DNA of 64,000 nucleotides from a virus. Of the stretch, positions 26,560-38,007 are shown piece by piece. The DNA is taken from the IMG/VR virus record IMGVR_UViG_3300034060_000182, positions 4,049 through 68,048 of that record, one strand, 5' to 3'. Below the pieces are notes generated by a model that searched no databases, had not been told where the DNA came from, and was given only the letters and a program-made list of their open reading frames with translations. The translations under genes and the position numbers were made by a program. Every line of letters starts with the position of its first letter. Within the stretch, counting starts at the first letter, position 1.

Positions 26560-28053
26560 ATGTCAGCAATGGTTAACTCGATTACAGGGACACCTTACGG
26601 TACCCTTAAACCGTCTCAAAAACAACAAGCTTTAGAGACAAATTACCTAAACTTCACGGATGGAAGTGGTAATGATTTCGCACAACAATACTTACCAGAA
26701 GTATACGAAGCAGAAGTAGAACGTTATGGAAACAGAACTTTATCTGGATTCTTACGTATGGTTGGTGCTGAAATGCCAATGTCTTCTGACCAAGTAGTTT
26801 GGTCTGAACAAAACAGATTACATATTGCATATAACAATGTTACTTGTGCAAGTGCTACTACTTTAACATTCGTTACAGGTGGAACAGGAATTAACTTTGT
26901 AAACAATGTTATTTCTGTAGGTCAAACTTTAGTAGTTATGAGTCCTTCTACAGGAAAAGAACTTAAAGTTTATGTAACAGCTTCTACTGCAAATGCTACA
27001 ACTGGAGCAGGTGGATCTACAAACCCAGCTGTAATCACAGTTAAACCTTACACTCAGTTAGATTTAACTACTGGTGCAGGAAACGCAGTTAACTTCGCTG
27101 GAGCAACAGACCTTAAAATATTCGTTTACGGTTCTGAATTTGCAAAAGGTACTACAGATGCTACTATTAACTCTGTAACACCTTCTTTCACTCAGTACAG
27201 TAACTCTCCAATCATCATCAAAGAAAGATACCAAATCTCTGGATCTGACACTGCTCAAATCGGTTGGGTTGAAGTTGCTACAGAAGATGGTACTAGCGGT
27301 TTCTTATGGTACTTAAAAGCAGAATCTGAAACAAGATTACGTTTTGAAGATTACTTAGAAATGTCAGTTATTGAAGGTGAATTAGTTGGTGGTGGTTCTA
27401 CATTAGGAAGCAACAACATCAAAGGTACTCAAGGTTTATTCTCTGCTGTTAAGCAAAGAGGAAATGTTGTGAACAACTTTACAGCTGCTGGAGGTTTGAA
27501 TGATTTTGATTCTATCTTAAAAGGTTTAGATACTCAGGGAGCAATTGAAGAAAACATGTTCTTCTTGAACAGAGCTACTTCTCTTGATTTTGATGATATG
27601 TTAGCTGGAGTAGGTGCTCCTACAACTGGAGTATACCAAGGAGGTAGTTCTTACGGTTTATTTGAAAACTCTGAGCAAATGGCGTTAAACTTAGGTTTCT
27701 CTGGTTTCCGTCGTGGATCTTACGATTTCTACAAAACTGACTGGAAATACTTAAACGATGCTTCTACTCGTGGAGGTATGGCTACTACTTCAATTGATGG
27801 TATCTTAGTTCCTGCTGGAACTTCTACAGTATACGATCAACAATTAGGAACAAATATCCGTAGACCTTTCTTACACGTTCGTTATAGAGCTTCTCAAGCT
27901 GACGACAGAAGAATGAAATCTTGGATCACTGGATCAGTTGGTGGTGCTTACACTTCTGACTTAGATGCAATGCAAGTACACTTCTTATCTGAAAGATGTT
28001 TAGTTACTCAAGGTGCTAATAACTTCGTGTTATTCACTTCATCTGCATCGTAG
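26560..28053 (+). CDS. Major capsid protein
   Basis: 497 aa after the scaffold, highly biased codons, GTQGLF motif, followed by a strong hairpin. Confidence 0.85.
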   Translation: MSAMVNSITGTPYGTLKPSQKQQALETNYLNFTDGSGNDFAQQYLPEVYEAEVERYGNRTLSGFLRMVGAEMPMSSDQVVWSEQNRLHIAYNNVTCASATTLTFVTGGTGINFVNNVISVGQTLVVMSPSTGKELKVYVTASTANATTGAGGSTNPAVITVKPYTQLDLTTGAGNAVNFAGATDLKIFVYGSEFAKGTTDATINSVTPSFTQYSNSPIIIKERYQISGSDTAQIGWVEVATEDGTSGFLWYLKAESETRLRFEDYLEMSVIEGELVGGGSTLGSNNIKGTQGLFSAVKQRGNVVNNFTAAGGLNDFDSILKGLDTQGAIEENMFFLNRATSLDFDDMLAGVGAPTTGVYQGGSSYGLFENSEQMALNLGFSGFRRGSYDFYKTDWKYLNDASTRGGMATTSIDGILVPAGTSTVYDQQLGTNIRRPFLHVRYRASQADDRRMKSWITGSVGGAYTSDLDAMQVHFLSERCLVTQGANNFVLFTSSAS

Positions 28054-28062
28054 ATTAAAAAT

Positions 28063-28107
28063 AGGTTATATTACCCTCGTTGAAACTACGGGGGTAATAA
28101 ATACCTT
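28063..28107 (+). terminator. Hairpin/terminator after capsid gene
   Basis: TATTACCCTCGT/ACGGGGGTAATA stem. Confidence 0.7.
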
Positions 28108-28136
28108 TAATTAGAAATATTAAATTATATTATATC

Positions 28137-29015
28137 ATGGCAATAAAAGCAAAAACACCAATAAAAAAAGAATTAGATACAGTTACAGAAGAAATTAATA
28201 TGGTTAATGAAATAGAAGTTAACGAACCTGTAGAAGTTGTAACTAAAATTATAAAAAATAAAGAAGCAAATCTTAAAAGTGGTTGGGAAATAAAAGATAG
28301 AACTTATGTTATATCTGATGTAGATTTACCAATAACATACACTTTACAATCAAGACACTCTTCTAGATACCCTTTACTTTGGTTTAATAAAGAAACCGGA
28401 GAACAAGAAGAAATAAGATATGCAACAAACCAAAACTCACCTCTGGTTAGAGATCAGAAAGGTCAAGTTACGTTAGGTCATATCGTATTTGAGAATGGTA
28501 TATTAAATGTACCAAAAGAAAAACAAAGTCTTCAAAAATTATTATCTATTTATCATCCTGGTTTAAACAACAAATATTATGAGTTTGATCCTAAAGAAGA
28601 AGCTATTGATGAATTAGAACACTTAGAAATAGAAATGGAAGCTATGAATGCTGCTTTTGAAATGGACATAGACCAAGCGGAAGCAATAGTAAGAGTAGAA
28701 GCTGGTTCTAGAGTCAATAAGATGAGCTCTAAGGAGATAAAAAGAGATTTATTACTATTAGCTAGGTCAAATCCTTATTTGTTCTTAGAATTAGCGAATG
28801 ATGATAATGTTCAACTTAGAAATATTGCTATCGTAGCAACAGAATCAAACATAATTAAATTATCTCAAGATAATAGAACTTTTATGTGGGGCGAAAACGA
28901 TAGAAAATTAATGACAGTGCCATTTGATGAAAACCCGTATTCAGCTATGGCAGCATTTTTCAAAACAGATGAAGGAATAAATATTCTAAGATCTATTGAG
29001 AAAAAATTAAAATAA
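28137..29015 (+). CDS. Conserved capsid-adjacent protein
   Basis: 292-aa ORF after the capsid gene. Confidence 0.7.
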   Translation: MAIKAKTPIKKELDTVTEEINMVNEIEVNEPVEVVTKIIKNKEANLKSGWEIKDRTYVISDVDLPITYTLQSRHSSRYPLLWFNKETGEQEEIRYATNQNSPLVRDQKGQVTLGHIVFENGILNVPKEKQSLQKLLSIYHPGLNNKYYEFDPKEEAIDELEHLEIEMEAMNAAFEMDIDQAEAIVRVEAGSRVNKMSSKEIKRDLLLLARSNPYLFLELANDDNVQLRNIAIVATESNIIKLSQDNRTFMWGENDRKLMTVPFDENPYSAMAAFFKTDEGINILRSIEKKLK

Positions 29016-29034
29016 AAGTATAATACTAGTACAT

Positions 29035-29060
29035 AAGCGGTAACTAAAAACTACCGCTTT
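29035..29060 (+). terminator. Hairpin, possible terminator
   Basis: AAGCGGTA/TACCGCTT-T. Confidence 0.5.
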
Positions 29061-29082
29061 AATACTATAATAAAGATAACAA

Positions 29083-30015
29083 ATGGCTATAAATGTAGAT
29101 ACAGTTTACAAAACAGTTTTATTAATACTTAATAAAGAACAGCGAGGATATATGACTCCTGATGAATTTAATAAAGTAGCAACACAAGTTCAACTTGAAA
29201 CGTTTGAAAGTTATTTTGAAGATCTTAATCAACAATTAAGAATACCAGAGAACGATAGTGAGTATTCTAATAGAATAAAAAACCTAGACGAGCAGATATC
29301 AGTATTTAAAACTATTGGTAATTGCACTTGGGACACGGTTAATAACCAATGGTCACTTCCTACTTCTTCAGGTTCTACTATTTATTCTTATTCTTTCCCA
29401 ACTGTAATAAATCAACAAGTTTATTTATTAGACAATAACCAGATAAACCAAGCAACAATACAAGACGGTTTAATGAAAGTATACTTTAATGGTGTGCTTC
29501 AAAACCCATCTCAATACTCTACAGTTAGTAATACTATAACATTAACAGATCAACCAAGCACGGTGTTTACTGTACTTGTTACTGTTACTGCTAATGACTT
29601 TTACAGATTAGGTACTGTAATATATAACGACTCAATAGAAATGCAGAGAGTGCAAAGAAATGATTTGTTATATGTTAATAAATCACCTTTAACAAAACCG
29701 ACTGAAAAATATCCACTATATATATACCAAGACGAAAAACTATACGTATATCCTGAAACAATAACTACAGGTGTTTCTGCTTCTTATATTAGAAAACCTA
29801 AAAATGTTATATGGAACTTTACAGCAACACCTCAAACGAACTATACTTATCTATACAACCCAAATACGTCACAACAATTTGAGTTAATGCCATCAGAGCA
29901 AACAAACGTTATAACAAAAATACTGTTGTATTCTGGTATTGTGATAAAAGATCCTCAGATAGTTCAAGCAGCCGCTCAACAAATACAAACTGAAAACATT
30001 AATTCAAAATCATAA
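29083..30015 (+). CDS. Tail ring/adaptor protein
   Basis: GYMTPDEFN...YIRKP; inserted KVYFNGVLQ Ig-like domain. Confidence 0.65.
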   Translation: MAINVDTVYKTVLLILNKEQRGYMTPDEFNKVATQVQLETFESYFEDLNQQLRIPENDSEYSNRIKNLDEQISVFKTIGNCTWDTVNNQWSLPTSSGSTIYSYSFPTVINQQVYLLDNNQINQATIQDGLMKVYFNGVLQNPSQYSTVSNTITLTDQPSTVFTVLVTVTANDFYRLGTVIYNDSIEMQRVQRNDLLYVNKSPLTKPTEKYPLYIYQDEKLYVYPETITTGVSASYIRKPKNVIWNFTATPQTNYTYLYNPNTSQQFELMPSEQTNVITKILLYSGIVIKDPQIVQAAAQQIQTENINSKS

Positions 30016-30021
30016 TAGAAT

Positions 30022-31224
30022 ATGGCGTTTCCTAATGGAGGTTTAATAACCGAAACAAATAGACAGTACTACGCTGGTTCACAGGGTTTTCAAGTACAAG
30101 ATTTAGCACAAACAAAGTTTACATTTGATTTTAATACAGACTTGTACTTAGGAAGTTGGGATCAAAACGAAGCAGATTATACTTTAAATAATTTTAAACT
30201 ATATAAAAGTGCAGATGGTATAGACTACGACGAGTACTTAACACCATACACGTTACTAAATAATACTATAACTTTTCCTACCGCAATTCCGATTGGTCAT
30301 GTTATTGTTGTTCAATTAAAATCACTAGAAGGTGGTAACTATGGTAATTACGATGCTTACGGTGAAGCGGTTGAAAATAACTATGGAGGTTATTCTTATA
30401 TATCTTTAGACGATATTATAAATAACTTTATAGTCGCTTATGTTGGAGATGGTAAATTAATATCAAACGTTAAGAGAACAGATGTTCTTTTCCACGCTAA
30501 AAGAGCTTTGCAAGAATTTAGTTATGATACTTTAAAAAGTATTAAATCACAAGAATTAACTGTACCTCCTAGTTTAAGTTTGATATTGCCTCAAGACTAT
30601 GTTAACTATGTTAAAATGTCTAGAATAGATCATCATGGTATAAAACATATTATATATCCAACATCGTTAACTATAGATCCTTACGAAACTCCGTTACAAG
30701 ATAACATAGGTCAACCAATACAAAGTAGTTTTGATGACAACATACAGGGTACTTCTTTGACTGAAGAAAGATATAAAGAAAACAATAACAACCTTTTATT
30801 TAACGAAGATTTTAATAACAGAAGTGAAAATGGTTACATTAATAGAGGAAATTACTACGGAAGACAATATGGAATGGATCCTCAGTATGCTAATTATAAT
30901 GGTAATTTTTTTATAAACGACAGACAAGGTAAAATATCTTTTTCTAGTAACTTAGTACATTCGTTATTAGTATTAGAATATGTATCAGATGGTTTAGCTT
31001 ATGAATTAGACTCTAGAGTTCCTAAGATGGCAGAAGAAGCAATGTATGCATATATATTACATGCTATTGTTTCTACTAGAGCTAATCAACCAGAATATTT
31101 GGTACAGAGATTAAAACAAGAGAAAAACGCTAAATTAAGAAATACCAAAATAAGATTATCTAATATCAAGTTGGAAGAAATATCTCAAGTATTCAGAGGA
31201 CAATCTAAATGGATAAAACATTAA
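30022..31224 (+). CDS. Second tail ring protein
   Basis: LPQDYVNYVK...LEYVSDGL; position in the tail module. Confidence 0.65.
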   Translation: MAFPNGGLITETNRQYYAGSQGFQVQDLAQTKFTFDFNTDLYLGSWDQNEADYTLNNFKLYKSADGIDYDEYLTPYTLLNNTITFPTAIPIGHVIVVQLKSLEGGNYGNYDAYGEAVENNYGGYSYISLDDIINNFIVAYVGDGKLISNVKRTDVLFHAKRALQEFSYDTLKSIKSQELTVPPSLSLILPQDYVNYVKMSRIDHHGIKHIIYPTSLTIDPYETPLQDNIGQPIQSSFDDNIQGTSLTEERYKENNNNLLFNEDFNNRSENGYINRGNYYGRQYGMDPQYANYNGNFFINDRQGKISFSSNLVHSLLVLEYVSDGLAYELDSRVPKMAEEAMYAYILHAIVSTRANQPEYLVQRLKQEKNAKLRNTKIRLSNIKLEEISQVFRGQSKWIKH

Positions 31225-31230
31225 AAAAAT

Positions 31231-34200
31231 ATGGCTGAAGTAAAAAATAGTTTTCTAAAATCTAAAATGAATCAAGATTTAGATGATAGACTTTTACCTA
31301 ACGGTGAATACAGATCTGCTTTAAATATATCTGTTGGAAAGTCTGAAACTGATGACATTGGTACTTTACAAAACGTTTTAGGTAACGAAAAATTACCTTT
31401 AACAGATTATGACAATCCAGATTTAGAATGCATAGGTGTGTTTATGGATAATCAAAATAATTGTATATATCAGTTTTTGACTGACTACAATGATGATGAA
31501 CCAAGCAAGATAACACCACCTACTAGTGGTACAATGATGATAACAATGTATGATCTTAATGGTGCTGGAACTTATTCAGTGCTTGTTGAGGGATTGTTTT
31601 TAAACTTTGCTAAAAATAAAGAATTTAAAGTAACAGGTATTAATTTAATTGAAGGTTTGTTGTTTTGGACTGATAATAGAAATCAACCAAGGAAAATAAA
31701 CGTTAACAAAGCATTAAGCTCTTCTAGTTATTATACTACGGAAGAGCAAATATCTGTCGCGAAATATGCTCCAGTTGATCCAATATCATTATATAGAAAA
31801 GTAACTGCAAAAGTTTCTAGTGTTACAAGTACTACTGTTTTCAATGTTCCAATTGGAACTAGTATATCAAAAGGAATGACAGTTATATCTGATGATATAT
31901 CAGGAAGTGAATATATTACTGTTACAGATTATAATATCGCTACAGGTGCTGTTACTTTATATAAAGCGCCTTTAAATAATATATCGACAGATGAAGTGTT
32001 GACTTTTTTAATTTCAACAATGTCAGACAAGTCAGATGTGCCTTCTTGGCCAGGTGATCCAGCATTTTTAGAAGACAAATATGTTCGTTTTAGTTATCGT
32101 TTTAAATATGATGACAACGAGTATTCTTTAATGGCACCATTCACACAAATAGCTTATGTTCCAAAACAAAAAGGTTTTTTTATAGATGGTAACGAAACAG
32201 ATGCTTATAGAAGTACTGTTATAAATTGGTTTGAAAACAATGTAAACAATATAGATTTAATTGTACCTCTTCCAGACAAAATAGGAAATTTAAGTAATAG
32301 TTATAAAATACAAGAGATTGACATTTTATACAAAGAATCAGATTCATTAGCTGTTAAGGTTTTTGAAACAATACCTGTTTCTTCTATAAATACTACAATT
32401 AACACAAACAACAATTACTACGTACAACCTTATCAATCACAAAAACCATATAAAACATTACCTGAAGATCAAACAACAAGAGTTTACGACAAAGTACCTG
32501 TTAGAGCTAAAGCTCAAGAATCAGCAGGTAATAGAATAATTTATGGTAATTATTATGATAAATATACTTCTTTGTCATCTATAAACTATAACGTATCAGT
32601 TCAACCTAAATCAGATATTGAAACTAGTTTTATAGAATATCCAAACCATACATTAAAAAAGAATAGAAACTATCAAGTAGGTTTTGTTATTGCTGATAAA
32701 TTTGGCAGACAATCGCCTGTGATATTATCTTCAGTAGATTTAACTGGTGCTTTAATAGGTGATGGAACTTATGCAAAAGGTTCGACCGTTTATTCAAGTT
32801 ATGAAGATACAACTCTTTTTACAGATGTTAGATCTTGGTTTGGTGATGCATTAATATTATATTTAAACGCACCAATAGATCAGTTAAGAGATATACCTAC
32901 TGGTCAACCTGGCTTATACGCTATACCAAAGTCAAGTTCAGGTTTTGCAATCACTGCATCAACAATAACAAACACAACATATACTTTTACATTAGATCCA
33001 CCAGCAGTTGGAGGAACTAACACTATACCTCTTCCTGGTGATATAATGAGAGGTTTTTATACAGATTATGTAAAAGTAACTAATGTATCACCAACCCCAA
33101 CTATTCCATACTCAGGTTCTTATGTAGTAACTACAGACGGAAGAGTTAATGATATTTATTTATATACACCTCAACTTGGGGGAGTTAAAGATATTAAGTT
33201 TTCTTATGAATATAATCCTATCGGATGGTATTCTTATAAGATAGTTGTAAAACAACAAGAACAAGATTATTATAATGTTTATTTACCAGGCATGTTAAAT
33301 GGTTATCCTAAGAATCAAACCTCAGGATCTCAAGTTGTATACTCAACTACTGGATCAACTACTACGCCTACATTACAAAACGGTATAAACACAACACAAT
33401 TTCCAGTAAGCGAAACTGGTAATACATCTCATATCGTATTAATTAACGATAACATTAATAAAGTGCCTAGAGACTTGTCTGAAGTAGGACCTGATCAAAA
33501 GCAATACAGAAGTAGTGTGCAATTATACGGTAGAGTAGAGAACACAAAAGACAATTTAACAATAACTGGAAATGATCCAGCTTTTTCAGCTAAAGTAACT
33601 ACTATAAGATATAGTACTTTAACGGCTGGTAATGAAGATTGGATATTTATAAAACCAGGTGACGGAATTCAATGTGTTCAAGCTAACGAACCTGTTCCAA
33701 ACACACCACCTTTAGGAGGAACTCAACCTAGTCCTTATAGATGGTTAGGTAATACTGTTGTTGTTTCTAATGTAGTTGTTGGAACTGCTGGTACCATAAC
33801 AATATCTTCACCAAACTGGGTTTTAAAATCAAGTATTTCAAATCCTGATTATGTAACTTTTATTATAACTAGAGCAGAAAATAGACAATATTTTCCTACT
33901 AGAAAAGCAGATACAGTAATATCAATTGCTTACGCTGATGAATTTAACTTTATTGATAGTTCTGAAGATAACTTAAGTGGAACTGCTGGATTAAACTTTT
34001 ATCAATTACAAAATAAACCTTTAATAGGTAGAGTTTCTACCGTTAATGATATAGGCGTTGTAGCATCTGATATGATACCATTTTTAAGCGTGTATGAAAC
34101 AAGACCTGAACAAAGTTTACTAGAGATATTTTGGGAAACAGCTTCCACTGGTTTAATATCTGACTTAAATGCTGAAGTCTTAACTGGCTTTTCAGGACCT

Positions 34201-36396
34201 ACTGGTTTTGCAGATTTTGAATATCTTCATTTTGAAAACCAAGATCCTGATGGTACAGATCTTAACGTAAACAACTTTGGACAATCAGATTCAAAATATA
34301 TAACAAGTCAATTTGTACCAATTGGTCAACAAGGTTTTCCTTTTGCTAATACAACGGTTACGTTGTTAGAAGTCGTAGATGATGCGGGTAATATTAGAAC
34401 ATCTGAATTTGGTATAGAAGCAGGTACTTCTGGTGGAAACGATGTATATAGATTGTTTATAGATTATACACCAACACCTGATAGTAATCCTTTTGTTTTT
34501 AATAACACAGCAAATACTGTTCAAAATTATACCTTTTCGTTTTTTGTTACAAACATAGCTGAACCTTCAACGGCAACTACTTTAACAATGAAAGGCAGAT
34601 TAAGTAATATTGCACCAACTATAACAACATCAATCGTTAATTATAGTATAACGCAAAATACAACGGCGTTCGCTACATTAGAAGCTAAAAACGGTTCTTT
34701 TCATGCACCTTCTCAGCCAGTTCCAACCTATGCAAAATCTAATTTAAAATGGAGCATAGAAAGTGGTAACACTGGAAACTATTTTACAATAAACCCATAT
34801 ACTGGCGTTTTAAGTTTACAAAACTCTTCAGTCCCTTTAAGTGTATATAACTTAACTATAAGAGTACAAGATGCTATTAATACAACCAATGGAAGCTCAT
34901 TACAACCTGAAAATACCACATTTGGAACTCTTTATAACGACATTGAGCTTACCGTTAACGTAGGTGACGCTCCGATGCCATATTGGTTAAGACCTAATTA
35001 TATTAGTTCAAATGTATATAGTTCTGGTTCATGTGGTGGTTCTGGAAGTAGTTTTGCAAACTCCTATGGTATGGCTTATATAGGTAAAAATCCAAACCCA
35101 TCAAATGTTTATCTTCCTGAAATTCCAGGTTCTAATAGTAATTACTTAGTAATTGAGAATGTAGAATCAGTTAATGCGGCAACATTTGGTGAAAACAATA
35201 TTATACCAGACGGCTTGGATCAAGGTGAATATAGATTTAAAATAAAATTAACAGTTAATGCAATTCCAATATGTCCTGCTGGTCCTGATGATCCAACTAC
35301 TAATTTTGCCAATTCAAGAGGAGAAGTTGAAATATATTTGTATAAAAGAAAATGGAATCCATCAGCTCCTTTCTCTTGGCAACTGGTAAATAACGAAAAT
35401 AATTTTGGAATACCTAATCCTCCAACTGTGCCTTCTTACAAAATAGGACCTTTAGTAGTAAATACAGCTTATGATGAATTTACTGGTCAAACAACCTATG
35501 GACAACCAAAATCTCTTACAACTTCTTTTACTATTGAAGCAGAAGACGAATTGCAAGAATATGCTGTTGGTGTTAGATTATTAGGCGCTTATCAAAGTGG
35601 GTTTGGATCTAGTGGACAAACTGTTACTTTCTTTGGAAATGACGCAAACTATTCTTATCCACAAGTACAACCGTTTTCTCCAGCTCAAACTAACGATTAT
35701 AAATATTACACAGGAGTAGAAACAATAACAGGTGATACAACAGGTGTACCTTACGATACACTAGATGCAATTAGAGGAATTATTTATAATTCACCTACAA
35801 ACTCAGTAGCGTCTGGAACAGTTACTTTGGGAGATATACCAGTTAGTCTTACATTGTCCAGCGTTAATAGTCAAATAGTAGCTGGTCTTAAATGTCAATT
35901 AACAAGTACTGCAAATCCAGGGTTTCCTTTTTCAGGTACTATAACTTATGTTGATCCAATTAATCCACTTCAAATACTTTTACAATTAGATTATGGTTGG
36001 CCATACGCTGGAACAACTAATTTAGTTAATTTAGGTGTTTCAACACAAGGTTCAAACGAAGCGATTGGTGTGTTGTATGCGAATACAGAAGAAGGTACTG
36101 AGATAAAAAGACTTTATGTAGATGAAAATTTCACAACAAAATGGATTCCACCAGTAGCAGACAAGTATTATAATTTTTTAACAGAAAAAAGTTACAACAC
36201 TTATCAAACAGGATTTTATAGTGAATTTCCATTCTACTGTGCTCTTATAGATGAAAATGGTGAGGTAACGCCTAGACAAGCACCAATTCCAAACGTACAA
36301 ACAGCTTGGATTGGACAAAACACAGCAAATACATTGCCTATTGACATTGCAAATTATAGTTACAACGTGTTGTATGAGAACCAACCTGTTCCGTAA
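31231..36396 (+). CDS. Tail nozzle/stabilisation protein, N-terminal part with cadherin/Ig-like inserts
   Basis: MNQDLDDRLLPNGEY..ALN, LFWTDNRNQPRKIN, FSYRFKY, NRIIYGNY; cadherin-like WSIESGN...FTINPYTGVL. Confidence 0.75.
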   Translation: MAEVKNSFLKSKMNQDLDDRLLPNGEYRSALNISVGKSETDDIGTLQNVLGNEKLPLTDYDNPDLECIGVFMDNQNNCIYQFLTDYNDDEPSKITPPTSGTMMITMYDLNGAGTYSVLVEGLFLNFAKNKEFKVTGINLIEGLLFWTDNRNQPRKINVNKALSSSSYYTTEEQISVAKYAPVDPISLYRKVTAKVSSVTSTTVFNVPIGTSISKGMTVISDDISGSEYITVTDYNIATGAVTLYKAPLNNISTDEVLTFLISTMSDKSDVPSWPGDPAFLEDKYVRFSYRFKYDDNEYSLMAPFTQIAYVPKQKGFFIDGNETDAYRSTVINWFENNVNNIDLIVPLPDKIGNLSNSYKIQEIDILYKESDSLAVKVFETIPVSSINTTINTNNNYYVQPYQSQKPYKTLPEDQTTRVYDKVPVRAKAQESAGNRIIYGNYYDKYTSLSSINYNVSVQPKSDIETSFIEYPNHTLKKNRNYQVGFVIADKFGRQSPVILSSVDLTGALIGDGTYAKGSTVYSSYEDTTLFTDVRSWFGDALILYLNAPIDQLRDIPTGQPGLYAIPKSSSGFAITASTITNTTYTFTLDPPAVGGTNTIPLPGDIMRGFYTDYVKVTNVSPTPTIPYSGSYVVTTDGRVNDIYLYTPQLGGVKDIKFSYEYNPIGWYSYKIVVKQQEQDYYNVYLPGMLNGYPKNQTSGSQVVYSTTGSTTTPTLQNGINTTQFPVSETGNTSHIVLINDNINKVPRDLSEVGPDQKQYRSSVQLYGRVENTKDNLTITGNDPAFSAKVTTIRYSTLTAGNEDWIFIKPGDGIQCVQANEPVPNTPPLGGTQPSPYRWLGNTVVVSNVVVGTAGTITISSPNWVLKSSISNPDYVTFIITRAENRQYFPTRKADTVISIAYADEFNFIDSSEDNLSGTAGLNFYQLQNKPLIGRVSTVNDIGVVASDMIPFLSVYETRPEQSLLEIFWETASTGLISDLNAEVLTGFSGPTGFADFEYLHFENQDPDGTDLNVNNFGQSDSKYITSQFVPIGQQGFPFANTTVTLLEVVDDAGNIRTSEFGIEAGTSGGNDVYRLFIDYTPTPDSNPFVFNNTANTVQNYTFSFFVTNIAEPSTATTLTMKGRLSNIAPTITTSIVNYSITQNTTAFATLEAKNGSFHAPSQPVPTYAKSNLKWSIESGNTGNYFTINPYTGVLSLQNSSVPLSVYNLTIRVQDAINTTNGSSLQPENTTFGTLYNDIELTVNVGDAPMPYWLRPNYISSNVYSSGSCGGSGSSFANSYGMAYIGKNPNPSNVYLPEIPGSNSNYLVIENVESVNAATFGENNIIPDGLDQGEYRFKIKLTVNAIPICPAGPDDPTTNFANSRGEVEIYLYKRKWNPSAPFSWQLVNNENNFGIPNPPTVPSYKIGPLVVNTAYDEFTGQTTYGQPKSLTTSFTIEAEDELQEYAVGVRLLGAYQSGFGSSGQTVTFFGNDANYSYPQVQPFSPAQTNDYKYYTGVETITGDTTGVPYDTLDAIRGIIYNSPTNSVASGTVTLGDIPVSLTLSSVNSQIVAGLKCQLTSTANPGFPFSGTITYVDPINPLQILLQLDYGWPYAGTTNLVNLGVSTQGSNEAIGVLYANTEEGTEIKRLYVDENFTTKWIPPVADKYYNFLTEKSYNTYQTGFYSEFPFYCALIDENGEVTPRQAPIPNVQTAWIGQNTANTLPIDIANYSYNVLYENQPVP

Positions 36397-36415
36397 CATA
36401 AAACACTATAGTTAA

Positions 36416-36441
36416 ACTAAAAACACTAAAAAACAAGTGAT
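36416..36441 (+). promoter_or_regulatory. Class-2 promoter (weaker)
   Basis: ACTAAA-N13-AAGTGAT. Confidence 0.45.
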
Positions 36442-36449
36442 TATAAAAT

Positions 36450-37991
36450 ATGGCTGCAATATTAGAATTAAAATACTTTAACTCTTTCTGGTTAAAGAAA
36501 CTAGATACAATAGTAGAGGTTGAAAAAGCAACGGCTAACTTAGTTACAGCCGTTGTTAATTCACCTAACTTAGAAATAACAACTCCTAATGGTGACATTG
36601 GAGTAGGACAACTTGTTACTTATGAAAACCAAGACGAAAGCGATGGTCCATATTGGATATACAAAATAACAAACTCCACGAATATAGTATTAAATGAACC
36701 TGTTAATATAGCTGTTACTGATAAAATTACTTTTGGTAAAATAGTTAATTTTGATTATATTCCAGCTGCTTACACTGCTACTCCTTTAACAGATTGGTAT
36801 GTAGAAGAAGCTAGAATACGAGGTGGTTATAATAACACAAATGTAGATCTTGGCGTTAAAGCTTATATAGTTGAAGATAATATTAATCAACAACATCGAA
36901 AAAGTTCGTTAATACATTCTGGTGTTTTTAACTCTAGAACAGGTATAAACCAAACAAACCAATTTTCTGTTGGTGAAGATATAACTAGAAGTTTAGATCC
37001 ATATAATGGTTCTATTCAAAAATTATATTCAGAAGACACTAACTTAACTGTTTTTCAAGAGTTCAAAGTAAGTAGAGCTTTAATAGATAAAGACGCTATT
37101 TACTCAGCGGAAGGTCAACCAATGACTACTTCTGGAACACAGGTTATTGGACAGATTCAAGCTTATTCTGGTAACTATGGTATAGGTACTAATCCAGAAA
37201 GTTTTGCAGTTTATGGTTATAGAAAATACTTTGTTGATAGAAACAGAAACGCTGTATTAAGACTATCACAAGATGGTATAACAGAAATATCCGAATATGG
37301 AATGATTGATTTCTTTAGAGATAATTTATCACTAATAGGTAACGATGGTTTTATATTAGGTTTTTGGGACATGCATAATAAACAATATGTTGTATCATTG
37401 CAACCTACAGATACAGAAGAATACAATACTCTTTCTTTTGATGAAGACGTTAATGGTTGGACTAGTTTCTTTAATTATAAACCAAACTTTGGAGACAGTT
37501 TAAGAAACAACATGTATACTTTTAAAAATGGTAATATATGGCAACATTATTCAAACACATCAAACTGGGGTAGTTTTTATAACTTCGACTATGATTCATC
37601 AGTTAACCTAGTATTAAATCCAAATGTTTCTACAATAAAAACATTTAAAACATTAAACTACGAAGGTAGTGATGGTTGGGAGATGGAATATCTTTACACA
37701 GATACAGATACTTCTGCTTCTATACTAAAATCAACAACTAATCAAGTTTTCACATTAGAAGATTTAGAACAACAGTTATTTGTAAATTCTTTCAAAAGAA
37801 AAGAAAACAAATATTTTTCTAACCTTATAAATATAACTCCTTCTGCTAGCACGGAAGTTCTTTGGGGAAATTCAGTTGCTGGAGTAAAAGGAGCTTATGC
37901 CACGGTAAGAATGAAATATTCTAATCTTAGTAATTCTTCAAAAGCAGAGTTATATGCTGTATCTTCAGAATATGTAGAATCTTCTTATTAA
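36450..37991 (+). CDS. Tail nozzle/stabilisation protein, C-terminal part
   Basis: GSIQKL, YGIGTNPESFA, VLRLSQDGITEIS..GM..FF, GWTSF, KTFKTLNYEG, KENKYF. Confidence 0.75.
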   Translation: MAAILELKYFNSFWLKKLDTIVEVEKATANLVTAVVNSPNLEITTPNGDIGVGQLVTYENQDESDGPYWIYKITNSTNIVLNEPVNIAVTDKITFGKIVNFDYIPAAYTATPLTDWYVEEARIRGGYNNTNVDLGVKAYIVEDNINQQHRKSSLIHSGVFNSRTGINQTNQFSVGEDITRSLDPYNGSIQKLYSEDTNLTVFQEFKVSRALIDKDAIYSAEGQPMTTSGTQVIGQIQAYSGNYGIGTNPESFAVYGYRKYFVDRNRNAVLRLSQDGITEISEYGMIDFFRDNLSLIGNDGFILGFWDMHNKQYVVSLQPTDTEEYNTLSFDEDVNGWTSFFNYKPNFGDSLRNNMYTFKNGNIWQHYSNTSNWGSFYNFDYDSSVNLVLNPNVSTIKTFKTLNYEGSDGWEMEYLYTDTDTSASILKSTTNQVFTLEDLEQQLFVNSFKRKENKYFSNLINITPSASTEVLWGNSVAGVKGAYATVRMKYSNLSNSSKAELYAVSSEYVESSY

Positions 37992-38007
37992 ATAAAAATC
38001 AAATCAA

